Assembly (NCBI RefSeq): GCF_964355755.1
Contig: NC_092678.1
Location: 8,014,422 to 8,078,421, forward strand
DNA from: Antedon mediterranea
Taxonomy: Eukaryota; Animalia; Echinodermata
Direction of reading: 5' to 3'
DNA length: 64,000 bases
The notes below the pieces were generated by a model. The model was not told where the DNA came from, did no database searches, and saw only the letters and a list, made by a program, of their open reading frames with translations. Below are positions 13,363 through 24,587 of this stretch, piece after piece. Position 1 is the stretch's first letter, and every line of letters starts with the position of its first letter. Made by a program: the position numbers and the translations under genes.

Positions 13363-15080
13363 AGTTAGCTCCCGATAACAACTCTCTAGCGTGAACCATG
13401 ATTCCATACAAATTTCTAGCGTGAACCAGGTCTATAAAAACACCTCTGCTCAATTTTCTTATTCAGATAAATCAGTAGTCATATGTCTACAAAAGATGAA
13501 GGCATAACAACAATGTTTGAACATATAGTCTATTGTATAAGTGGTACACATACTTGTATATAAACACGGATAGAGTTCAACATAGCATGCAATACTATTA
13601 TACTAAACATGTTTATAGTCTTAGTACAGTAATATTATACATTTATAATTATATATTATTATAATAAACAAAAACATATAATAACAAAAATAAAAATATA
13701 GGACCGAAGGAAAAATTGATAATTTTCTTTATATATAAGTTTCATAAACAAATAATTGTTTGTAACCCATCTATTGCTCGTTACAAAAAACTGTTAATTA
13801 ATCTACAATTATGAATCAGTTACTGAATTTACTAATTAATATGGGGTCACTTGGGGTCATATTGAGCACATGTAGTCTGTATTGCAGGTGGCAAAGTATT
13901 TGGTTCATGTTTTAAAAACAATGGCAGCAATTAAAAAGCAAGATATATGAAGAATCAGAAATAAATAAAAAAAAGATTTTCGGAATTACTTTAAAAAAAA
14001 TGAAAATTTAATTCCTAAAATGTGTTTATACTATGACCATAACAAAAAAACAACAACAGTATGAGAGACGTTGGCTATTCCTTATATGATTTAATGTATA
14101 TACATAAAGTTGAACCCCTTCTTTGGGACTGCCTATTTAGGGGACACCCCCGATTAAAGGGACAATTTCTTGGATCCTAACGTTGTCCCTTTAATATTGT
14201 AATTATACTATATTTCATTTGTTATGAAATACAAATTTATCAAATGTATGTATCTCTTTAATTTTAATTTCATTTTAATATGAAAAACAAATTAATTAAA
14301 TAAATGCATTTATGTTTTAGTTTTACTCTTTCATTTATTATGAAATACATATTTGTTACATGTATTCATATTTCCATTTCACAATGTATCGTGTTAGCAT
14401 CATAGTATAAACACACGAATAATTTGTTGATCTAAACCAACATTTTATATAACAAAATTATATAATATACAATGTAATTCACATCTCCAGATAAAAAATA
14501 TAAACTCACTTTCTACAGAATTACTAGCATGATCGAAAACAGGAGGATTTCTCTCAGATATTTAAACAACTCAATTACAATTTTAATTGTTTACATTAAA
14601 TTAATTGTAACTCTATCCATATAAAATGATTTAATATATGTTGTTTCAAGATATATTTCCTCCCTTGAAAATGTGTGAGGAAAACAATGATTTTGGGTAA
14701 CAATTAAAATTTTTATAATTCATTGGTAACAAATATTATTAACTAAAAACCATTTTGATACATCCTGTAAATTATGATATTTCTGATATTTTTAATGTCG
14801 CTATGATTAAATATCTTTATATTTTCTTCTTTTTCAGATCAATATTTCTAGTTCTTAAAAGAGCTAACTTGTATATATATATATATATACACAAGTTAGT
14901 TCTTTTAAGAACTATATATATATATAAACAAATCAGGCAAAGAACATTAATTCTAAACCGCCCGGTGATATACTTAAATTTAATTAATTAATTTGAAACG
15001 ATAAAGATGAGGAAATCTGTGAGAATGAGAAAAAGTCGCCCCAACCGAGACTCATATATCTTTATTTGTCACAGTGAGCT

Positions 15081-15092
15081 TCACAGACTTCC
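15081..15092 (-). CDS. Putative terminal coding exon (GSL*) of a host gene with a PICALM/AP180-like C-terminus
   Basis: Acceptor ctttttttatatttgcag, then GGA AGT CTG TGA. AATAAA follows at 15061-15066 on the minus strand. Phase 0 matches the upstream exon. Confidence 0.6.
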   Translation of the reverse strand, partial: GSL

Positions 15093-15249
15093 CTGCAAAT
15101 ATAAAAAAAGTATAGTAGAAATAACTTTATTTCTCACTTTATCAAAATTGAATCAAAGATTTTATACAAATAAAGGCATCTACAGCAGATAATAATTGGT
15201 AAATAATTGTCAATTTTAATAAAAAACTTTTTGTTCTAAACAGCACATA

Positions 15250-16425
15250 CTGGACTGCGGCGCTTACTAGACTGTGGCGCTTACTAGACTGTGGCGCTTA
15301 CTAGACTGTGGCGCTTACTGGACTGTGGCGCTTACTAGACTGCGGCGCTTACTAGACTGTGGCGCTTACTGGACTGTGGCGCTTACTAGACTGCGGCGCT
15401 TACTAGACTGTGGCGCTTACTGGACTGTGGCGCTTACTAGACTGCGGCGTTTACTGGACGGTGGCACTTTGTGGACTGTGGCGGTTACTTGTGTGGTGCG
15501 TACTGGACTGTTGCGCTTACTTAACTGTGGCGCTTATTGGACTGTTGCGATTTCTGAACTGTGGCACTTACTGGACTGCGGCGCTTACTGGACGGTGGCA
15601 CTTTGTGGACTGTGGCGCTTACTTGTGTGGTGCGTACTGGACTGAGGAGCTTACTAGACTGCGGCGTTTACTGGACGGTGGCACTTTGTGGACTGTGGCG
15701 CTTACTTGTGTGGTGCGTACTGGACGGCGGCGTTTACTGGACTGTGGCACTTTGTGGACTGTGGCACTTAATGGACTGTGGCGCTTACTTGTTTGGTGCG
15801 TACTGGACTGAGGAGCTTACTAGACTGCGGCATTTACTGGACGGTGGCACTTTGTGGACTGTGGCGCTTATTTGTGTGGTGCGTACTGGACTGTTGCGCT
15901 TACTGAACTGTGGCGCTTATTGGACTGTTGTGATTACTGGACTGCGGCGCTTATTGAACTGCCGCGCTTACTAGACTACTTACTAGACTGCGGCGCTTAC
16001 TAGACTGCGGCGTTTACTAGACTGCGGCGCTCACTGGCATGACTGCTTACTGGACTGTGGCGCTTACTGGACTGTTGCGCTTACTGAACTGTGGCGCTTA
16101 TTGGACTGTTGCGATTACTGAACTGTGGCGCTTACTGGACTGCGGCGCTTACTGGACTGCGGCGCTTACTGAACTGAGGCGCTTACTGGACTGCGGCGCT
16201 TACTAGACTATGGCGCTTACTAGACTGCGGCGCTTACTAGACTGCGGCGCTTACTAGCATGACTGCTTACTTGTGTGGTGCGTACTGGACTGCGGCGCTT
16301 ACTGGACTGTTGCGCTTACTGCTGAACTGTGGCGCTTATTGGACTATTGCGATTACTGAACTGTGGCGCTTACTGGACTGCGGAGCTTACTGGACTGCGG
16401 CGCTTAATGGGCTGTGGCGCTTATT
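15250..16425. repeat. 17-bp GC-rich minisatellite (~1.17 kb) with higher-order variants
   Basis: Unit tggactgtggcgcttac / tagactgcggcgcttac. Variant units (tggacggtggcactttg, ttgtgtggtgcgtac) recur in ordered blocks. Confidence 0.95.
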
Positions 16426-16459
16426 TATGTAGCGCTATGTGGGTGACTACCGTACTTAC

Positions 16460-16543
16460 AAATGGATCTGTATTTTGCTGTGTTGGTGGTCTATGTATTT
16501 GCTGTGCTCCTGCTGCATTGTATGCCATACCTGTTCTCATACC
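16460..16543 (-). CDS. Putative internal coding exon GMRTGMAYNAAGAQQIHRPPTQQNTDPF
   Basis: Acceptor tacttctttactctag, donor gtaagt, 84 bp, phase 0-0, open frame ending in DPF. Confidence 0.68.
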
Positions 16544-17234
16544 CTAGAGTAAAGAAGTAATCGACACTTGTTATATATTATAATGATTAGTTATGTCCCG
16601 TTTACACTATCACACATTTTTGTCCACACTGTTTCACATTCAATGTTGTGCCATATAATGTTACAGTGTCCCAAATAGTACCCTATAGGTCACATGGTCA
16701 TGGCAACCTATTACCTAAAAAACCAGCGTAAAGTATGCACAAATTATTATACCCCATGTCATGAACTAGTCGTGAAATGCGTGTCATTTCCCACAATAAC
16801 ATGCACGGCTGCAACCATGCTGCGTATCATTGCACAATTCAGGAATATAAATGCAGGCGTAAATATTGATGTTTGGAGATTTATTTCATGCAATGTCCCG
16901 CAACTTTCTACAAAATGGCACGTACAGTACAATTCCCACATCATTGTAATGCATTCAATGCGGGGCAGTGCAGGACACAAATATTTGTGTCAACATAACT
17001 TTAAAATCATGAACATTATTTATATAAATTTATCTATTTTGTTATGTTGAATTGATCGGGTATTGACAAACTTTATTCAATAACGAACGAAGGGAGGCTT
17101 TTGAATCATTTTAACTTTATTGTACAAATACGTTTACATGACAAAAGGAATATAGGAAATAAGCTATATATTAATTATTATTATTTTGTTATATCTACAA
17201 AACTGTGAATTTAGAAATTATTTATGAGACATAC

Positions 17235-17303
17235 CATTTGTTGATTAGGTGCCACAAACTGTCCAGAAAAAGCTCCTGATCTCCAATCAGCTGGCTGACC
17301 TCC
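17235..17303 (-). CDS. Putative internal coding exon GGQPADWRSGAFSGQFVAPNQQM
   Basis: Acceptor ttgttgttgcag, donor gtatgt, 69 bp, phase 0-0, open frame. Confidence 0.65.
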
Positions 17304-18290
17304 CTGCAACAACAATGGAACATACCAAATACTAGTAAACTCATTTTGATTAAAAAAAACAAACTGAAAGTAATTGTAACAATAGAAGCACTAGTAGAAT
17401 ATAAAGTAGTTTTTGTGGTAGATGACTTGTCATTTTATTTTACATGATGTTAAATGGTTTAGTAAACATTAAAATATTAATTTAAAAATAATTTTTAGTA
17501 ATAATTATCATTATATCATATTGCCTTATCTTATTCAGTACTGGATTTTCATCTACAAAAATGTAAAAAAAAAGTAATAGAATATGCTAGAATATTTCAC
17601 TAAAATGATAGTTATCACTTCTTTGAACTAATATTAACATCAATTTATTTATATTCCATATTACAAAGGAAAGATTAAAAGTACAGTAAAATAAAAGGAT
17701 TATTTTCAAGGCTTAACAAATTATTATATTCGATACAAAATTAATATGATCACACAAATTAACTGAAAAAATGATTAAAATAACTCTTTATACACAATAT
17801 GTGCAGATACTGCTGAGGAATGAGAATAGGTCCATTCCTTCCATGCACTATATAGAGGTAATAATTAAAGTAGTTTGCACAGCTGCAAAGAATCCATTTC
17901 TCAACAAGAGAGGCACACAAATAATACTATTTTAGAAGAATGTTTTCACCCATAAATCCCTGTTACATCAAAGAAATTTAAATATTTGACAACTAAACAC
18001 TTATAAACATTCTTAAAAGACCATTAGAAAAGAAATTTAAAAAAAAAGAAAAATAAATTAAATTACAAAAAAATCATAATTATAGCACAAAAATAAACAC
18101 ACAATTTAATATATGTGCAGTTGATACAATATACCATACAATGTACTAGAAGTTAAAAAACACAAGGAAAAAATAGAAATTGTTGCTAATACAAAAAGGT
18201 TTAAAAGTGACATGCTAAAATCCTAAAAATAAAACCCTTAATGCAAAATTGAACAATAATTTTAAATTATTAATATTAATATCATATTCT

Positions 18291-18433
18291 TGGTTCCTAC
18301 TTGGATGCAACGCAAGGACGTGGGCACAACATATGTAATTTGACCAATCACGATGCGATGGATCATCCTAACTGTCGCTTGTGATTGGTCAACTCACTCA
18401 CATTCTTGCGTTACATCCTAGTGGGAACAGCTT
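18291..18433. mobile_element. Degenerate palindromic MITE (Harbinger-like)
   Basis: Ends ggttcctacttggatgcaacgcaag ... cttgcgttacatccctagtgggaac, with internal ttgaccaatcac/gtgattggtcaa. A related copy at ~9744-13080 hosts the L1 insertion. Confidence 0.55.
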
Positions 18434-19587
18434 TTAGGCCTAAACCTATACGTTATGATTATTATTTAAGCTTTTTTTACTCTATTATGTCATTACATTC
18501 CAAACTAACTACAAGATTTCTGACACGTTATCATTTGTAATGAAACTTTCTAAAGTTGATTTAATATGTTTGGAAGATTTGATTCAACAAACACTTATGA
18601 TATCTTTAAAAATATAGTCTGTTTTTTAAAAAAAATATGGAATTGAATAACTTCATTAAAACTGTAAAATGGCCTATTAAAGTTTGATTTTATAAATCCT
18701 TATTTTTCATAATTTTCAGGAACAACACATCTTTAAATACAGTAAAGTTGTAGCTTAAATTGCAATTTACATTTTTCAAAAGTCAGTTGGTAAAAATAAG
18801 AATTTTAATAATATAAATATTGTTTAATTTAGTTTTGTTATTGGTATTGACAAACTTTTCTTAATCGTTAATTCTCAACAGAGGTTATTCAATAACGAAC
18901 GAAGGCTTTTGAATTATTATAATTATTCATTTGTTTACCTTAACATATCATAATTCATAATTAATATCCTAACAGTATCTGCATGACAGAACTTTGATCA
19001 AATTGAATTAACAAATGCTTTCCAGGTAGCTGCATAAATTATTTACAGTTGCTTTAGCGATATGATTTACACATCTGTTGCTGTGATAGCAATCAAAGCA
19101 AGCTAGATCAAGATCTGAACTTTAAATTTCAAACAAAGTCTAGTTGTTTATTTGATCAAAATAAAACAATGTAAATTTAAAAATTAGATTCTCCAGACTG
19201 TAATCAAAGACACTAGCCCTATGTTTCCTTGACCTAATTGAAGGTTACACACTACACACAAATATTATACAGACCTGTTTCTTCATCTTTAAACGGTTAA
19301 AAATGTGAAAAATAAGTCGATTCTAATCATTTTAGCGGCCCGTTATAAATCCCAACATGCGCATCGCACACGGATTGATATTTCATGTGATGTAATGCAC
19401 CCGCTTCGACCGCGTGAAAAATAGCCAAATAAAAGAACCGTAACTTTTCAGCGAAAATACCAGGGGCGGATTGCTATAAGCGGTCTATAATAGACAAGTT
19501 CTATTTCCTCTGAAATATGATGTAAGAAGCATTTTTGGGTAGAAGCTGGGATCCACTTGATTTAGGATATTTCGACCTCGCTGATTA

Positions 19588-22500
19588 TAAGCAGAGGTCC
19601 ATTAGCTTGTTTAGAGAGCTCCCATTGCCATGTTTCTACACACTCAGCACACCAACTTTTTTTGTTAGCTAATACCCTTAGACACAATAATCACGAGGTG
19701 TGCCGTTGCAAATTTACTGCGGCCATCTTGAAATCCAAGATGGCGGCAAAAATGGCCGCCATTTTATAGTGATGCACTTTATTGTTCATAACTTAATAAA
19801 TATTTGATGTATTTTGTTGAAATTAATGTTGATTAATAGCTAATTTCATTATCTATTTAATAAAATATTTTTATTTTTATTTTATTGAAATTATATTACT
19901 TTTTTAAAGCAAAAATGTATAATTTTGGCAAAAAAATCAGCAAAATCTGTGATATGCGATATTTATTATGTTAATTAAGACACGAAGCCATAATTATTTT
20001 TATTTTCAGATATGCAAAAAAACTGACCCAATATATACTAGAAATAATGTGTAAACTACATGTGCTTGTGAAAAGGCAAACATAAGTTATTAACGATTAC
20101 GTTTGGGTACTTGTAGCGGGGATTTAATAATTTTTAGTAAAATTGTGAAGTTGAGGGCGCTATTTAAGTAAGATACAGGTACTCTATTTTCGGTTGTAAC
20201 TCATTAAATACTTAACCGATTATGATGAAAATAGATTTATTTTATAGATAATTAAACATTCTTCCTTTTTAATTATTTAAAAGGCATGTTAGATAATAAA
20301 TACATATGAAAAATGTATTATTTGTGTAAATCTAATTAAATTGTATCATCTTGTAAGCTAAAAAGAAATAGTTTAACCTGCAGGATTTGATTTTTTAAAT
20401 ATATCATGTACAGTAAGTGTATATACCGTGAAACGAATGACGATCGTGATGAGTTTGATAGAAAATTGAATGAACAATAAATTATTTTTTAAATAAATAT
20501 TTAAGTCATGCTTCTCTAATAGCTGGACGTGACACCATGGAGGTAAAAAATACCTCCATGGTGACACTAACGTATCTTTTGTTGGCCTTAAATTAGCACA
20601 ATTAACAACTAGCATAGTGGAGTCTGTTAGGGACATTTTGGTTCAGTTTTTTCCAAAAACACCCAATTTGGTATACAGATTGCCCATCCTATACAAATTC
20701 AATTTTTGATGGGCGTCACGCAAAATGACCCCTTGGGTCACTTAATTTGCATAATTTAATTTAAAACCCTCAATATCTCTGAAACTACTGGGCATAGAGA
20801 GTGGATTTTTAGCTAAAAATGTTCAAAACATAAACAATTCTAACTACTCTAATAAAGTATTTTTGAAAAAAATGACTGGAAGTACCAGTTTTAACCTTTG
20901 ACCTTTATGGTGCAATGTCCAACTGTATTAAGGTTAATATCTTTTGATATCCATAAAACTACTTGTCATTGAGAGTTGACTTAGGTGTCAAAATGTTCAG
21001 AACATAAACATTTCTATTTACTATAATGAAGTTTTTCCTCAAATAATGACCAGAAATATCGTATTTGACCTTTGACCTGTTTTTCAGGCAAATTACCATA
21101 TCTCATTATTGGGTTGACGTGGATAGTTCATTTTGGTGTCAGATTGTTCATAATATATATGTTACTATTCTGCTTAATAGAATATTTGTTTAAAAAATGA
21201 GAGGAAGTACAGTTATTGACCTGTGACATATATAAAACTCTAAATTTGTTTGATTTTGCAACCCACTTTTGAGCACTTGTCGTAATGTGCAATTGAACGA
21301 AGTGCACTAAATGAAGTTGAATAGATTGTCCTATTTGTAGTGAGTACTACTATTAGAGTAACGCAAATGAGAGAAATTTGTACAGACTACCCACTACTCT
21401 AATAGTTACCCAACTTCTAATAGTAACCCACCCTAAAAACAATCAAAGAATAATAACCAAGGGTTACAAAGAAGATTTACGGTACCATACTCAACAGTCA
21501 CTGATATGTTGATATTAAAGCACGACAATATTCACTAGTTATTAAAAAAAATGTAAGTGTGCTCCACACAAAATTGTTTGTACCAGCTATTGTACCAGGT
21601 TAAATGTCAAAATAAGGTGTTTTTTAACATTTTGTGTATTTCTATTGTATTAGAGCAAATATAAATACCTATATTGCGAATAATTTGAGACTAAAATTGT
21701 AACTTTCTGACTAGTGGTTGTTGACCAATGGTCAAAAAGAAAGTTTCACGGTCAATATTTGAAAAAGTTGTCCATTAAAGTGAGTAGAAATATGTATCTT
21801 CTGTGTATTGTGACACCAACTACGACCATATCCACCCAACAATGACCATATCCACCCAACAATTTCTGAGATATGAAAAGTGTGCTCTAACCCAAAATGT
21901 TTGTGCCGGCTATATGTCAAAGGTCAAAATTAGGGGTTTATTGACAGTTTTATGATTTTTATTATATTAGAACAAATATAAATATATACTTTGCGAGTAA
22001 TTTGAGACCACAATTATCACTTTCTGACCAGTGGTTGCTGAGATATTCATATGGCCAATTTCTTGACCAGTGGTCAGAAAGGGGGTTTCCGTCCACTTTT
22101 GGCAAAAGTTTCCTATTAGAGTGAATAGAAATATAAGTCTTCTGAGTAGTTTGGCACAACAAATATTCCAATACACCCAGTACTTACCAAGTTACGCACA
22201 GTCTTAACTTTGACCATATTGACATTTTGGCCCCTGTACTGACCAGGCATCCCAATTTTTTTTCGGCCAATAGCAAAAAATTGTTTTGATATAAGGAAGC
22301 AAAAAAAATTGTTGGCATAGTTTGCTAGAGGTTGCAGGTAACCCCTTTTTGGCTCCCCAACTACACCATGTTCTGAGTTTGAGTATGATATTGTTCTTTA
22401 GAAATAAGGCTCAATTTTTTTGTTGATTTTTGCACATTTTTCATAGGTATTTATTATCTAACATAACTTTTAAATAATTAATAAGGAAGAAGGTTTAATT

Positions 22501-23171
22501 ATCTATAAAATAAATCAATTTTCATCATAATCGGTTAAGTATTTAATGAGTTACATCCGAAAATAGAGTACCTGTATCTTACTTAAATAGCGCCCTCAAC
22601 TTCACAATTTTACTAAACATTATTAAATCCCTGCTACAAGTACCCAAACGTAATCGTTAATAACTTATGTTTGCCTTTAAACAAGCACATGTAGTTTACA
22701 CATTATTTCTAGTATATATTGGGTCAGTTTTTTTGCATTTCTGAAAAAAAAATAATTATGACTTCTTGTCTTAATTAACATAATAAATATTGTATATCAC
22801 AGATTTTGCTGATTTTTTTGCCAAAATTATACATTTTTGCTTTAAAAAAGTAATATAATTTCAATAAAGTTAAAATAAAAATATTTTATTGAATAGATAA
22901 TGTAATTAGCTATTAATCAACATTAATTTCAACAAAATACATCAAATATTTATTAAGTTATGAACAATAAAGTGCATCACTATAAAATGGCGGCCATTTT
23001 TGCCGCCATCTTGGATTTCAAGATGGCCGCAGTAAATTTGCAACGGCACACCTCGTGATTATTGTGTCTAAGAGTATTAGCTAACAAAAAAAGTTGGTGT
23101 GCTGAGTGTGTAGAAACATGGCAATGGGACATGTTAACGAAGCATCTTTTTGGCACTTGGACCTCCGCTTA
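19588..23171. mobile_element. Non-autonomous DNA transposon with ~730-bp terminal inverted repeats and 3-bp TTA TSD (Academ-like termini)
   Basis: Termini TAAGCAGAGGTCCA and TGGACCTCCGCTTA. Inverted repeat ~19620-20315 versus ~22434-23129. TTA at 19585-19587 and 23172-23174. Empty site ctga-tta-cgaat at 49560. No transposase ORF. Confidence 0.85.
20536..20560. mobile_element. 25-bp palindrome with 7-bp TSD, a P-element-like excision footprint
   Basis: gtgacac CATGGAGGTA aaaaa TACCTCCATG gtgacac. Confidence 0.7.
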
Positions 23172-23789
23172 TTACGAATATGGCTGATCCCAAGCGAAAT
23201 TCGGCCATCTAAGCCCTTAATTTGCATAATTAAAAATGGCGGCCATTTTTTATAATTACCCTATATCACGAGAACCACTAGTCACAGATAATTAATTTTG
23301 GTGTCAACATGTTTTAAATATATGTTTTTATATTCACTTTAGTGACACATTTTCTAAAAAAAATGGATGCAAGTCTTATTTCTGACATTTTGACCTTTGA
23401 CCTTGATTTATCGTATCTCAGTAACCAATAATCGGAGAGACACGAAATAGGGCTCAAATTGTTCAGAAACTATACATTCATATTTATTATAATGAAATGT
23501 TTTAACAAAAAATGGCCGATTCTACAACTATTGACCTTTGAACTATTAGTCAAATATAATAATATAACTCTGAAAATTTTGGTCTTATGACATTTTTTTT
23601 CTTTTTAAATTGTTTAAAACATGTGTGTTTCTATCCAGTCTAATGGCACATTTTGTACAAGAATGGCCGATAGTATGGTTATTGACCTTTGAACTACAGC
23701 ATAGGCCTACTGTATAATAAATATAATATAATTGCATAACTATGAAATTATTTATACACAATAATAATTAGTAAAATTATAAAATTCAC

Positions 23790-24330
23790 TGCCATCAAAT
23801 ATGATTTATTATGATTTATATAGATTTAATAAAAAAATGAACATGCAAGTTACATTTGGAAATTACCTGCCATCAGTATGATGGAGTATGATTATAGATT
23901 TTTAAAGATGTGAACATGTCAGCAACATTTGGAAATTACCTGCCATCAATATGATGGATTATGATTATAGATTTAAAAAAGAATTTGAACACGTCAGCTA
24001 CATTTGGAAATTTGGAAATTACCTGCTATCAATATGATGGATTATGATTGTAGGCCTAGGCCTATAGGTTTGAAAGAAAATGTGAACACGTTAGGTACAT
24101 TTGAAAATTACCTGCCATCAATATGATGGATTATGATTATAGATTTTTAAAGATGTGAACACGTAAGCTACATTTAAAAATTACCTGCCATCAATATGAT
24201 GGATTATGATTATAGATTTAAAAAAGAATTTGAACACGTCAGCTACATTTGGAAATTTCCTGCCATTAATATGATGGATTATGATTGTATAGGTTTGAAA
24301 GAAAATGTGAACACGTAAGCTACATTTGGA
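23790..24330. repeat. ~73-75-bp tandem repeat, ~7 copies
   Basis: Unit catttggaaattacctgccatcaatatgatggattatgattatagattt...gaacacgtcagcta at 23853, 23926, 24001 and onward. Confidence 0.9.
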
Positions 24331-24587
24331 ATGAACATGTTAAGGGCATCAGTTTTGATCATTCATGCAAAGGTTTCCGTCATCTTTAGCGTTTTCTTCA
24401 AAAGAAAGCCATATACTGCATAAAAAGAGGGGTGAATGTGTATGTTTTTTGTATTGGTTCATTCTTTGATGTATCCTAACTTCCATGTAGGCCCTAGCAT
24501 TTATTTTTTTGTTATTATAAAAATATATATGTAGCGGGACAGTTTTAGTTGAGCCAATGTGCTCTGGTACTCCTGATGGACTATTAA

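Larger units (their letters stand above)
5673..14111 (+). repeat. Segmental duplication copy A (paralog of 59264-64000)
   Basis: Colinear similarity from ggcggcgacc(a)aaa..atgccgaatctactc to acataaagtt, with copy-specific insertions. Confidence 0.93.
19524..24340. repeat. Interspersed repeat X, copy 1 (interrupted by the 19588-23171 insertion)
   Basis: 19524-19587 joined to 23175 onward is near-identical to the contiguous sequence at 49499-50260. Confidence 0.85.

Noticed and set aside
15274-16547. Cys/Trp/Leu-rich repeat ORFs on the plus strand
   Set aside because: They are translations of the 17-bp minisatellite with non-ATG starts.
18998-19115. Possible additional minus-strand exon (DLDLACFDCYHSNRC...)
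   Set aside because: It has an acceptor-like AG, but the frame reaches a stop, no convincing donor is present and the phase does not fit the downstream exons.
23790-24330. CRISPR-like appearance of the regular arrays (also 58853-59263)
   Set aside because: The units are fully repeated with no unique spacers, there are no cas genes, and the context is eukaryotic.
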